From an uncultured delta proteobacterium (GTDB lineage Bacteria; Myxococcota; Myxococcia; Myxococcales; Myxococcaceae), in the NCBI GenBank assembly GCA_963796055.1, contig CAWCKH010000004.1:2144001-2208000 (forward strand): a DNA stretch of 64,000 nucleotides, in the 5' to 3' direction. The position numbers and the translations under genes are program-made. Positions within the stretch are counted from its first letter, which is position 1. Each line of letters opens with the position of its first letter. Shown here in pieces: positions 1 to 9,870 of this stretch. Below the pieces are notes generated by a model. That model was not told the origin of the DNA. It worked only from the letters and a program-made list of their open reading frames with translations, and did no database searches.

Positions 1-59
1 ATCCGTCCGGTGTTTCGACTAATCTTCCTACACAGAGCCGATGTTGTAGGACGGGTGCG

Positions 60-800
60 ATGCGCCCCGCCTCGTCTCTGGTCGTCGTCTCGCTCGCCGT
101 CCTCTCCGGCTGCTCCCGGAGCCCGTCCACCGCCCGGGAGGAGCCGCCCAACGTCTCCGCCCCTCCGGGGGGCACCCGCGCGCAGGAGGCAGTCACCGCG
201 GCGCAGCGAGATTCCGGCATCCCGGCACCGGGCGCGGTGGCGCGTCCGCACCCCGGTGGGGACGGCGGCACCCCACAGGCAGTCCGGGTGAAGATCGAAC
301 CGCTCACCCGGTTCCAGATCGTCCCCATGGGCGAGGCCGCGGTGACGCCGGCCCGGTCGGCACTGGACGCGCTCCGGGCACGGTACGTCGGCTACGGATT
401 CGAGCTCGGGCCCGTGGTCCCCATGCCCTCGCCCCCCCCGCGGAGCTGCACCGAGCTCCTCACCAGCCGGGTGGCTGCCCGGGGAACCGTCTTCGTGACG
501 CCGGGAACGCTGGCCTGCCCGACGCCGTTCGGCGCGGTGAACCCGGCCCTCAGTGCGGGCGTGGTGCCGCTCGGTGCGCTCGGTCCCTGGGGTCCGGTGG
601 CGGAGCGTCGTCTGAGCGCGCTGCTCGGCTCCATGGTCGGCGAGCTCATCGGCCTGTCGATGCTCTGCAGCGACGGCCGGAGGTGCTGCGCGCTGCGGAA
701 GGCGCCCGATCTGACGACGCTCGATGCGCAGGCGGCCGCCTCCTGTCCCGCGCACGCCCGGGAGCTCGACCGGATCCGCGAGGCCTCGGGGATGCAGTGA
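60..800 (+). CDS. Lipoprotein with archaemetzincin (peptidase M54)-like layout, catalytic motif degenerate
   Basis: Lipobox LAVLSGC. C-terminal RRL...SMVGELIGLSMLCSDGRRCCALR...D...SCPAH parallels HExxHxxGxxHC-x4-C-x-M...D...CxxC of archaemetzincins. Confidence 0.6.
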   Translation: MRPASSLVVVSLAVLSGCSRSPSTAREEPPNVSAPPGGTRAQEAVTAAQRDSGIPAPGAVARPHPGGDGGTPQAVRVKIEPLTRFQIVPMGEAAVTPARSALDALRARYVGYGFELGPVVPMPSPPPRSCTELLTSRVAARGTVFVTPGTLACPTPFGAVNPALSAGVVPLGALGPWGPVAERRLSALLGSMVGELIGLSMLCSDGRRCCALRKAPDLTTLDAQAAASCPAHARELDRIREASGMQ

Positions 801-807
801 GGGTGTC

Positions 808-2151
808 CTAGAACGCGCGCCCGCCCTCGACCTCGGTCACCAGCCGCTTCCGGTATGCGTGGTAGTCCACCTCGACCGCGTGGCGGATCGAATCGGTGAA
901 GGCGTAGTCCGGGTGCTCCAGCTCTCGGCGGATGGCCGCCTCGATGTTCGCCGGACGCTTCCAGGCGCCCAGCAGCGCCCGGGCCACCAGCTTCCCCTGC
1001 CAGTCCGAGAGCGGCCAGATACAGCCCTGCGGCTGGAACAGCCCGATGAAGAAGAGGTCCGGGAACCGGGGGTGGAAGATCTTGAGGTACAGCGGGACCT
1101 GCCGCCCGGAGTAGTCGCCCACCTCCGCGGTGTCCAGAAAGGGAAAGCGGGTCACGTAGCCGGTCGCGGCGATGATCACCTCGAACTCCGCCGACGTTCC
1201 GTCAACGAAGTGGACCGACTTGCCCTGGAAGCGGGCGATGTCGGGGCGCGGATGCACCCGCCCATGGCGGATGAAGTAGAAGAGCTCTGAGTTGAGCGTC
1301 GGGTGTGCCTCGAGCGGCCCGTGCTCCGGCTCGGGAAGCCCGTAGTCCGAGTTCCGTCCCTGCACCAGGCGGATGGTCAGCTTCATCGCCCGCTGCCGGA
1401 TGGGCCTGGGGAGCTTGCGCATCAGCCGCTCGTTGATGACGTCGCTGGGCAGCCCCATCAGGAACTTGGGGATGAACCAGTAGCCGCGGCGCATGCTGAT
1501 CTCGGTGCGGGCCGAGACCCGCGAGGTCTCCACCGCGATGTCACAGGCGGAGTTCCCTCCCCCGATGACCAGCACCCGCTTCCCGGCGAAGGGCTCTGCG
1601 CTCTTGAAGGCGTGGCTGTGCAGGAGCTCGCCGTCGAATGTGCCCGGGTAGCTCGGCATCCGCGGGTCCCAGTGGTGGCCCGAGGCGACCAGCAACGCGG
1701 CGAACTCCTCCCGGCGGCCGTCGGCGAGCGTCACCGTCCAGCCGCCGCCTGGCCGGTGCCGCGCGCTCTGTACCTCGGTGCCGAGCTGCAGCACCCGGTT
1801 CACCCCGAATTGCCGCGCGTAGCTCTGGAAGTAGGCCTTCAGCTGGGCGTGCCCGGGGTAGTCGGGGTAGCCGTCGGGCATCGGGAAGTCCTCGTACTGC
1901 GACAGCCGCTTCGAGGAGATGATGTGGGTGGTCTCGAAGACGCTCGAGTGGCTGGGGTCGGGGCGGAAGATCCAGTTCCCGCCCACCTCGGTGTTCCGGT
2001 CGTAGACCACCACGTTGCGAAAGCCGGCGGCGAGGAGGTTCTTCGCCGCGGTGATGCCGGATGGCCCCGCCCCGATGACGCACACCCGTTGCTGGGTGGG
2101 GGCGGGCGAGACGGCGGGCCGGGGGGAGGCGTGCGACTGCTGCGGCTGCAT
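808..2151 (-). CDS. Flavin-containing monooxygenase (FMO family)
   Basis: GAGPSG FAD motif, FxGxxxHSxxF FMO fingerprint, GGGNSA NADPH motif, ATGY. Confidence 0.92.
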   Translation of the reverse strand: MQPQQSHASPRPAVSPAPTQQRVCVIGAGPSGITAAKNLLAAGFRNVVVYDRNTEVGGNWIFRPDPSHSSVFETTHIISSKRLSQYEDFPMPDGYPDYPGHAQLKAYFQSYARQFGVNRVLQLGTEVQSARHRPGGGWTVTLADGRREEFAALLVASGHHWDPRMPSYPGTFDGELLHSHAFKSAEPFAGKRVLVIGGGNSACDIAVETSRVSARTEISMRRGYWFIPKFLMGLPSDVINERLMRKLPRPIRQRAMKLTIRLVQGRNSDYGLPEPEHGPLEAHPTLNSELFYFIRHGRVHPRPDIARFQGKSVHFVDGTSAEFEVIIAATGYVTRFPFLDTAEVGDYSGRQVPLYLKIFHPRFPDLFFIGLFQPQGCIWPLSDWQGKLVARALLGAWKRPANIEAAIRRELEHPDYAFTDSIRHAVEVDYHAYRKRLVTEVEGGRAF

Positions 2152-2270
2152 GGCCGCTCACGTTTGCACAACCGCTCGTCCTGCGGGGACCCACGGGCTC
2201 CCACTCGCAGGCCGACGAGGGGAGGGAATCGGGGAGCGTTCTGGTAACCTCGTGGGCCACTCCGGCGCCC

Positions 2271-4889
2271 ATGACGTCCCCTCCCGTCTCCGACCCCACA
2301 CCGCCCGAGGACCGGTCCCGGCACCGCCTGGTCCTCGCCGAACGTCCGCCTCCGCCGCCCGGCCCGCCCTGGAAGGCCTGGCTGCGACGTAGCTGGAAGG
2401 TCCTCGCCTTCTGCGGGCTGGTGGGGGTGACCGCCGCGTTCGTGGTCGGCTCAGCGGTCTACTACGCGTTCAGCGAGGGCCTCCCCGACATTCCCCGGGT
2501 GGCGGCCTGGGCGCCGCCCATCCTCACCGAGGTCTACGCCGACGACCAGGTGCTGGCGGGCGAGTTCTACGACGAGCGGCGCAAGGTGGTGCCCTACGAG
2601 CGCATCCCCAAGCGCCTGGTGCAGGCGTTCATCGCCTCGGAGGACGCGAGCTTCTTCGACCACCCGGGCATCGACGCCTTCGGCACTCTCCGCGCGGCGA
2701 TCAAGACGGTGCTCAAGAAGTCCACCGGCGCCGGCAGCGTGCAGGGTGGCTCGACGCTCACCCAGCAGACCGCCAAGGCGCTCCTCATCTCCTCCGAGGG
2801 TTTCGAGCGGGCGACCCGGCGCAGCGGCTCCGCCGGGCTGAAGCGCAAGGCGCGCGAGGCGATCCTCGCGCTCCGGCTGGAGAAGACGCTGAAGAAGGAG
2901 GAGATCCTCTACCTCTACCTGAACGGGGTCTACCTCGGGCACCACAGCTACGGAGTGCAGGCCGCCGCCGAGAACTACTTCCGCAAGGACGTGCGCGACC
3001 TCACCCTGGCCGAGGCGGCGCTGATCGCCGGACTCCCGCAGGCCCCGAGCAAGTACTCGCCGTTTCTGAATCCAAAGTCGGCCAAGGCCCGCCGGGGCTA
3101 CGTGCTGGGGCAGATGAAGGACAAGGGGATGATCTCCCGCGCCGAGTACGACGCGGCGATGGCCGAGGAGATCCGCGTCTATCCGGTGGAGGACGTGTTC
3201 CACGAGTTCGCGCCCTACTTCGTGGAGCAGGTGCGCAAGGACGTGGTGCAGCGCTACGGGAACCCCACCTTGCTCCGGGGCGGGCTCAAGGTCTTCACCA
3301 CCATGGACTCGGAGAAGCAGCGCGCCGCGCAGGAGGCGATGCTGGGCGGGCTCCTCCAGGTGGACAAGCGGCAGGGCTTCCGCGGTCCGGTGATGACCCT
3401 GGACACGCCCGAGCAGCGCAAGGCCTTCATCGACCGGAGCGAGAAGGCGCTCGCCGGTCAGCCCATCGAAAACAACCGCTACTACGTGGCCCTGGTGACC
3501 GCGGTGGGCGACACCCGGGTGGACGTCCAGGTCGGGACCCACAAGGGAGTGCTCCCCCTGCTGGGCATGCGCTGGGCGCGCAAGGTGAACCCCGAGGCCT
3601 ACTACCCGGGGGCGATGCTCACCTCGGCGAAGAAGGTGGTGAAGCCGGGCGACGTCGTCGTGGTGCGCTCCGTCCAGGCGAAGGAGCTCACCGACGATCG
3701 GGAGCAGTACGACCGGCGGCTCTTCGACGCGCTCCCCCAGAACGTGCAGCTCTACCGGCTGGAGCAGGAGCCCGAGCTGCAGGGCGCGCTGGTCTCCATC
3801 GATCCCCATCGCCAGTACCTCTCGGCGATGGTGGGCGGCTACGACTTCGACGCCAACGAGTACAACCGGGCGTTCCAGGCCTGCCGGCAGCCGGGGAGCA
3901 GCTTCAAGCCGCTGGTGTACTCGGCGGCGCTGGAGAAGCTGAACTGGACCGAGGCCCACGTCATCGTGGACAGCCCCATCGTGGAGAACGATCCCGCGCA
4001 CCAGGTCCGCTGGAAGCCGGAGAACTACACCGAGGACTTCCACGGCGACGTGCTGCTCCGCACCGCCCTGGTCAACTCGATGAACATCCCCGCGGTGAAG
4101 ACCTTCATCGCGGTGGGCATCGACCCGATGGCGCAGTGGGTGAAGAAGCTGGGCCTGAGCACCCCGATGAACCGCGACTTCTCGGCGGCGCTGGGCAGCT
4201 CCTGTGTCTACCCCTTCGAGCTGGCGCAGGTGTACGCCACCTTCAACCGGCTGGGGGTGAAGAAGCCCACGTACATGCTCCGCAAGGTCGAGGACCGGTA
4301 CGGCCGGACGCTCGAGGACCACACCGCCTTCGACGACCCCTGGGCCTCCTTGACCGACCGGATCGCCGGCGGCTACGCGCGGCTCTACGCCCCCGGCGAG
4401 CAGGTGATCTCGCCCGAGTCGACGTGGATCCTCACCGACCTGCTCCGCGGCGTGGTGCGCGAGGGGACCGGCACCCCGGCCCAGCGGCTGGGCAAGCCGG
4501 CGGCGGGAAAGACCGGGACCACCAACGACTCGTTCGACGCCTGGTTCGCCGGGTTCACCCGGGATCTGGTGACCGTGGCCTGGGTGGGCTACGACTTGAA
4601 CCCGCACCCGCTTGCCCGCTACGAGACCGGCGGCCGCGCCGCGCTCCCCATCTGGGTGAGCTACATGCAGCGGGCGCTGGACGGACGGCCCCAGCCCGAA
4701 TTCGCCCCGCCGGACTGGCTGCAGGACGCGCTGGTACGCCGGGTGGTGGACACCAAGACCGGCAAGCTGGCCTCGGGGGCGAGCCGCACCGCGGCGGTGA
4801 TGTGGTTCAAGAAGGGCACCGAGCCCGAGGAGAAGACGCTGCCCAAGGACCACGTCGACCCGTCGAAGTTCATGAACCTGCCGAACTAG
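2271..4889 (+). CDS. mrcA: Class A penicillin-binding protein 1A (transglycosylase/transpeptidase)
   Basis: N-terminal TM; EDASFFDHPG and GGSTLTQQ (TG domain); SSFK, SMN and KTG (TP domain). Confidence 0.93.
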   Translation: MTSPPVSDPTPPEDRSRHRLVLAERPPPPPGPPWKAWLRRSWKVLAFCGLVGVTAAFVVGSAVYYAFSEGLPDIPRVAAWAPPILTEVYADDQVLAGEFYDERRKVVPYERIPKRLVQAFIASEDASFFDHPGIDAFGTLRAAIKTVLKKSTGAGSVQGGSTLTQQTAKALLISSEGFERATRRSGSAGLKRKAREAILALRLEKTLKKEEILYLYLNGVYLGHHSYGVQAAAENYFRKDVRDLTLAEAALIAGLPQAPSKYSPFLNPKSAKARRGYVLGQMKDKGMISRAEYDAAMAEEIRVYPVEDVFHEFAPYFVEQVRKDVVQRYGNPTLLRGGLKVFTTMDSEKQRAAQEAMLGGLLQVDKRQGFRGPVMTLDTPEQRKAFIDRSEKALAGQPIENNRYYVALVTAVGDTRVDVQVGTHKGVLPLLGMRWARKVNPEAYYPGAMLTSAKKVVKPGDVVVVRSVQAKELTDDREQYDRRLFDALPQNVQLYRLEQEPELQGALVSIDPHRQYLSAMVGGYDFDANEYNRAFQACRQPGSSFKPLVYSAALEKLNWTEAHVIVDSPIVENDPAHQVRWKPENYTEDFHGDVLLRTALVNSMNIPAVKTFIAVGIDPMAQWVKKLGLSTPMNRDFSAALGSSCVYPFELAQVYATFNRLGVKKPTYMLRKVEDRYGRTLEDHTAFDDPWASLTDRIAGGYARLYAPGEQVISPESTWILTDLLRGVVREGTGTPAQRLGKPAAGKTGTTNDSFDAWFAGFTRDLVTVAWVGYDLNPHPLARYETGGRAALPIWVSYMQRALDGRPQPEFAPPDWLQDALVRRVVDTKTGKLASGASRTAAVMWFKKGTEPEEKTLPKDHVDPSKFMNLPN

Positions 4890-4919
4890 GTCAGGGCGGC
4901 CGCACCCAGCTAGGGTGGG

Positions 4920-5684
4920 TCACCGCCCGCCGCCTTTGCCCATCACCCGGGCGATCACCGCCTCCGGGACCAGCCGCGCGGCGCGGGTGGCGAGCACCAT
5001 CGGCCACGGGTAGGCGAAGCGCTTGTCGCCCCGGAGGATGGCCCGCCCCATGCGGTCAGCGGCGTCGTCGGTCTCGAGCAGGAACGGCATCTTGAACCTG
5101 TTCTTCGCCGTCATCTCGCTCTTCACGAATCCGGGGTTGATGCAGGTAACGGCGACCCCGGCGCCCTTGAGGTCGAGGTGGAGGCCGTCGCAGTAGACTT
5201 GGAGGAACATCTTCGTCGCTGCGTAGACGCCCATCCTCGGGGTCACGATCCAGCCGGCGAGCGAGGAGATCCCCACCAGGTGGCCGCGCCCCCGCGCGGC
5301 CATGCGCGGAGCGAGGGTGGCCAGCGTCGCCGCCGCGCCGGTGACGTTCACCTGGATCATCCGCTCCACCCTGTCCCAGGTGTCCTTGCGGGGATTGGCC
5401 TCGCCGCCCACGCCGGCGTTGGCAATGACCACGTCCAGTCCGCCCTGGGCCTGGTCGTCGACCTTTGGAAGCGTCCCGCGGATGGCGGGGACGTCCGAGA
5501 CGTCGAGCGCGAGCGGGACGATGGTGCCGGGCCGGGCGCCCGGGTCGGCGGCGAGGGTGTCGAGGAGCTCGGTTCGCCGGGCGGCGGCCCAGACCTTCGC
5601 GCCCCGGCGGGCGAACCACAGCGCGAGCGCGCGCCCGAGACCGCTGGACGCGCCGGTGACGAGGACGTTGTGAGGCTCGGTCAC
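4920..5684 (-). CDS. Short-chain dehydrogenase/reductase
   Basis: TGASSGLG, NAG, YAATK; GTG start at 5684 overlaps the permease stop (GTGA) with GGAGG upstream. Confidence 0.92.
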   Translation of the reverse strand: MTEPHNVLVTGASSGLGRALALWFARRGAKVWAAARRTELLDTLAADPGARPGTIVPLALDVSDVPAIRGTLPKVDDQAQGGLDVVIANAGVGGEANPRKDTWDRVERMIQVNVTGAAATLATLAPRMAARGRGHLVGISSLAGWIVTPRMGVYAATKMFLQVYCDGLHLDLKGAGVAVTCINPGFVKSEMTAKNRFKMPFLLETDDAADRMGRAILRGDKRFAYPWPMVLATRAARLVPEAVIARVMGKGGGR

Positions 5685-7021
5685 TTCGAAGCTCCTCCCG
5701 TCGAGGGAATCGCGCGGGCGCGTTGCCGCGTCCAGAACGCGTAGACCGGAAGCCCGGCCAGGACCAGCCCGAGGCCGACGAGGGTGTTGAACGGGTAGGC
5801 CCAGGCGGTGGCGAGGACCACCAGCGCGGCCACGGTGACGAAGCCGGCGGTGGTGAACGGATGGCCCGGGACCTGGAAGCGGATCTCCTCCCCGGGGGCA
5901 GCCCGCCTGCGGAGCACGAACAGCGAGGCCGCGGAGAGCCCGAAGAACACCCAGTCCGCCGAGACCACGTAGCCGAGGATCTGCTCGTAGCGGCCGGAGA
6001 AGGCCACCCCGATGCCCAGCGCGGCCTGCAGGACGATGGCCACCACCGGGGCGCGCGTACGCTCCGACACCCGGGCCACGCCGGGGAAGAAGACGCCATC
6101 GGCAGCCATCGCGAAGTAGACCCGGGGCATGGTCAGCATCGAGTGGCTCAGGAACCCCAGGGTGGAGAGAGCGATGCCCAGGGCGACCAGGGTGGCCCCT
6201 CGTTGACCGAGCAGCGCGCGCATCAGGGTCGAGGCGGGGGTTCCGGTGGCCGCCAGCCCCTCGGGCCCGAGGCCCCGGAGGTAGACCCAGTTGGCGCCGA
6301 GGTAGAGGACGACCACCCCGGCCACCCCGGCGACCAGCGCGCGCGGGAGGTTGCGCCGTGGGTCTCGCACCTCGGCAGCGATGAAGTTCGCCGCCTGCCA
6401 GCCGCCGTAGGCGAAGAGCACCGGCACCATCGTCGCCCCGAACGCCAGCAGGCCGTCCGGGTGCGCGGTGGCGACCGGACGCGGGGGAGGCAAGTGCAGG
6501 AGGCCCACGACGATCAGCGCCAGGAGCACGGCGATCTTCAGCACCATCAGCACGCCCTGGACCAGGCTGCCGCTCTTCACCCCCAGGCAGTTGACGGCGG
6601 CGAGCAGCACCAGCGTCAGGACGGCGACCAGCGTCTCGTCCAGCGCGATGCCGGTGAGCTCCACCGCGTACCGGCCGAAGGTGACCGCGACCGCGGCGGT
6701 GCCTCCGGCGTTGATGACCACCAGGAGCGCCCATCCGTAGAGAAAGCCCACCGCGGGATGGAACGCCTCGCGCAGGTAGGCGTACTGCCCGCCGACGCGG
6801 GGCATCCGCTCGGCCAGCTCGGCGTAGACGAACGCGCCGACCAGCGCCACCGCGCCGCCGACGAGCCAGGCGCCGAGGATCAGCGGCGCGGAGTGGACGT
6901 GCCGGGCGACCACGGAGGGGTTGATGAAGATGCCGGACCCGACGATGCCGCCCATGACCACCAGCGTCGCCTCGACCAGGCCGAGCCGAGGGACCAGAGA
7001 GGAAGGGGCGGCCGGGGGCAC
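5681..7021 (-). CDS. APC-family amino acid permease
   Basis: GGIVGSGIF, YAELA..MP..GG.Y.YL, FAYGGW, about 12 TMs; start approximate. Confidence 0.92.
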   Translation of the reverse strand: MPPAAPSSLVPRLGLVEATLVVMGGIVGSGIFINPSVVARHVHSAPLILGAWLVGGAVALVGAFVYAELAERMPRVGGQYAYLREAFHPAVGFLYGWALLVVINAGGTAAVAVTFGRYAVELTGIALDETLVAVLTLVLLAAVNCLGVKSGSLVQGVLMVLKIAVLLALIVVGLLHLPPPRPVATAHPDGLLAFGATMVPVLFAYGGWQAANFIAAEVRDPRRNLPRALVAGVAGVVVLYLGANWVYLRGLGPEGLAATGTPASTLMRALLGQRGATLVALGIALSTLGFLSHSMLTMPRVYFAMAADGVFFPGVARVSERTRAPVVAIVLQAALGIGVAFSGRYEQILGYVVSADWVFFGLSAASLFVLRRRAAPGEEIRFQVPGHPFTTAGFVTVAALVVLATAWAYPFNTLVGLGLVLAGLPVYAFWTRQRARAIPSTGGASK

Positions 7022-7176
7022 CGCTCGGGAGCGTAGCCCGGTCGGCACCGTCGATCCGGCACACCGGGGGCAGCGGAGGCGGAAATCGTCAAGGCCAGTG
7101 TTGGCTTTTTTGGGCCTACCCCTTCCCTCGGCGACCTGCCGTGCCTCTCTTGCAGCGCACAGGAGACCTGGGCGGA

Positions 7177-9870
7177 ATGAGGGGTGGCGGCCTGTGGGTG
7201 CTTGGACTGTGCGTGGCCTGTGGGACGAACGTTCCGGGAGGCCGTACGCCGTCGGTCCGAGCTCCGTCGGTGCACGAAGCGTCGGCGACGGTCGAGGTTG
7301 CCTTCGACGGTCTACGGACCGGGTGGTACCGGGACCAGCCAGGCCTGGTCCCCGCGCGGGTATCTGCCCCCGACTTCGGACAGCTCTTCGATACGGCAAT
7401 CCAGGGCGAAGTCCACGCGCAGCCGCTGGTCGCCAATGGTCGGCTCTTGATCGTCACCGAGAAGAACAACGTCTACTCGCTCGACCCCACCAGCGGGGAC
7501 GTGCTCGCGCAGAAGACGCTCCACGCGCCCTGGAACCCCGCCGACCTCAATTGCATCCCCCTCGAGCCCACCGTCGGCATCATGGGCACCCCGGCGATCG
7601 ATCCGGCCACCAACACCGCCTACTTCTTCGCCAAGACCTACGCCTCGGGGACCTCGGGACCGGCAGCGTACTGGGCGCACGCGGTGGATCTCTCCACGCT
7701 GGCGGAACGGCCAGGATTCCCGGTGCGGATCCAGGGAAACGCGGACAACACACCGACGACCACCACGTTCGACGCGACGTACGAGTTGCAGCGGCCCGGG
7801 CTGCTGCTCCTCGACGGAGTCATCTACGCGGCCTTCGCCGGCATCTGCGACATCTCACCCTGGCAGGGCTGGGTGGTCGGGGTCACGACCGACGGCCGGA
7901 TCACCGCAATGTGGTCGGCCATGTCCTCCCCCCAGAGCGGCGCCGGTATCTGGCAGACGGGCGGGGCCCCGCTCACGGATGGAGCCGGCACCTTCATCGT
8001 GTCCACCGGAAACGGCGGCGTCCCCTCTCAGCCCACGCCCGGGAACCAGCCGCCGACGGCGCTGGGGGAGGCCTGGGTGCGTCTCACCGTGCAACCCGAC
8101 CAGAGGCTCGAGGCGACCGACTTCTTCATGCCCTACGACGCGGCGAAGCTGAACGACTGGGACGGCGATTTCGGCTCCGGGGGCCCGGTGGGTCTTCCCG
8201 ACTCCCTCGGCACCACCCAGTTTCCGCATCTCGGAATCGGGACCGGGAAGCAGGGCTATGTCTACCTGCTCGACCGCACCCACCTGGGTGGGTTCCGGCA
8301 GGGTGCCTCCGGAGCCGACGCGGTCGTTCAGCGTGTCGGGCCATACGGAGGGGTCTGGTCCAAGCCGGCGGTCTGGCCCGGTTCCGGCGGCTGGGTCTAC
8401 ATCCCGACTGCTTCGGGTGGAGGCACTGCCGGCGGCTCGACCGGTACGCTCGATGTCTATCGCACGGGAGTCGACGGCACCGGCAAGCCGAGCATTGCCC
8501 GGGTGGTGCAGGCAGACGGAGCGTTCGGGCTCGGCACGAGCGCACCGGTGGTCACCTCGGACGGCACCACCCCTGGGTCGGCTCTGGTCTGGCTCATCTG
8601 GTCCGCCAACAACACCGGATGGGGAGCCCAGCTCCGCGCGTACGATGCCGTCCCCACCGGGAGCACGTTCACCCTTCGCTTCAGCGCCGCGATCGGCCGC
8701 GCGACCCGGTACACCCCGCCCGGAGTGTCCGGGAATCGCATCTACGTCGCCACCGGTGACGGCCACGTCAAGGCGTTCGGATCGCCGGTGGATCCGGTCC
8801 TGACCTCTCCCCCGGTGGACTTCGGGGTGGTGGGGCTGGGAGCGAGTGCCAGTCAGCAAGTCGTCTTCACCGCCCAGCGCCCGGTCACGGTCGATGCGAT
8901 CCGGACCAGTGGAGACTTCGCCGTCCAGGGAACCTCCCCCGGTCTGCCGGTCTCGCTGGCGGCGGGCCAGACGGTCACGGTCACCGCGTCCTTCCACCCC
9001 TCGACGAGCGGACTCACGGGTGCCGCCCTGGTCGCCGACACGGACCAGGGGCCGTTCTCCACCAGCCTCTCCGGTACGGGCCAGAGCGCGACAGGCGATC
9101 TCCAGAGTGCGCCGCAATCTCTCAGCCTGGGAGGAATCGCCGTCGACCGGACCGTCAGCGGGGCCGTGAGGCTGACCAACGTCGGGGGCGCCCCGCTCAG
9201 CATCCGTTCCGTCACTCCTCCTTCGGCACCATTCTCCGCGACAGGTCTTCCGGGCGCAGGTCAGGTTCTGCAGCCTCAGGGCTCGGTGACGGTGACGCTC
9301 TCCTTCAGCCCCACGGAGATCGGTGCGTTCGACAGCGCGCTCCAGGTCCTCACCGACGTCACCGATGTGCCCCTGAGCGTTCCGATGTCGGGCACGGCCG
9401 GCGCGATCGGCAGGCTGGAGATTGACCAGACCGAGATTGACCTGGGCCAGGTCAAGGTGGGTGAGACGGCACGGGCCTCGTTCACCATCCGCAACACCGG
9501 CGGATCCCGGATCGCCGTCAACAAGTCGCAGCCGCCAGGCGGCGGAGTGGGATTCGCCGCGGCCATCCAGCTTCCGGAGGGCAGCACCATCGACCCGGGC
9601 GCGAGCCAGACGCTCGAGGTGACGTTCACCCCGACCAGGCCCGGGTCCGCCGAGGATCGGTGGATCCTCACCGCCGACGATGATCAGGGGCCTCAGGAGG
9701 TGCACTTCCGGGGTTCCGGCGTGGCCGCATCGAGCGGCGATGCCTCGGGGTGCAACACCCCTGGCACCTTCTGGCCCTGGGGTGTGCTCTGGCTCCTGCC
9801 CTGGCAGTGGACCCGCGGCCGAGCTGCCAGGGCAAAAAGGAGGCTGAAGCGGTGCGACCTGACTCCCTGA
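7177..9870 (+). CDS. Surface protein: PQQ-like beta-propeller, three Ig-like (choice-of-anchor D/ASH-type) domains, MYXO-CTERM-like tail
   Basis: Signal peptide; AQPL, GTPAID, QRPGL, GIWQ.G, DFGSGG motifs; three VDFG/LSLG/IDLG...N.G...F.P repeats; C-terminal SGC, hydrophobic segment, Arg-rich end. Confidence 0.75.
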   Translation: MRGGGLWVLGLCVACGTNVPGGRTPSVRAPSVHEASATVEVAFDGLRTGWYRDQPGLVPARVSAPDFGQLFDTAIQGEVHAQPLVANGRLLIVTEKNNVYSLDPTSGDVLAQKTLHAPWNPADLNCIPLEPTVGIMGTPAIDPATNTAYFFAKTYASGTSGPAAYWAHAVDLSTLAERPGFPVRIQGNADNTPTTTTFDATYELQRPGLLLLDGVIYAAFAGICDISPWQGWVVGVTTDGRITAMWSAMSSPQSGAGIWQTGGAPLTDGAGTFIVSTGNGGVPSQPTPGNQPPTALGEAWVRLTVQPDQRLEATDFFMPYDAAKLNDWDGDFGSGGPVGLPDSLGTTQFPHLGIGTGKQGYVYLLDRTHLGGFRQGASGADAVVQRVGPYGGVWSKPAVWPGSGGWVYIPTASGGGTAGGSTGTLDVYRTGVDGTGKPSIARVVQADGAFGLGTSAPVVTSDGTTPGSALVWLIWSANNTGWGAQLRAYDAVPTGSTFTLRFSAAIGRATRYTPPGVSGNRIYVATGDGHVKAFGSPVDPVLTSPPVDFGVVGLGASASQQVVFTAQRPVTVDAIRTSGDFAVQGTSPGLPVSLAAGQTVTVTASFHPSTSGLTGAALVADTDQGPFSTSLSGTGQSATGDLQSAPQSLSLGGIAVDRTVSGAVRLTNVGGAPLSIRSVTPPSAPFSATGLPGAGQVLQPQGSVTVTLSFSPTEIGAFDSALQVLTDVTDVPLSVPMSGTAGAIGRLEIDQTEIDLGQVKVGETARASFTIRNTGGSRIAVNKSQPPGGGVGFAAAIQLPEGSTIDPGASQTLEVTFTPTRPGSAEDRWILTADDDQGPQEVHFRGSGVAASSGDASGCNTPGTFWPWGVLWLLPWQWTRGRAARAKRRLKRCDLTP

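Noticed and set aside
7090..7120. Rho-independent terminator (GCCA-GTGT-TGGC then T6)
   Set aside because: Stem of only 4-5 bp, located between divergent genes
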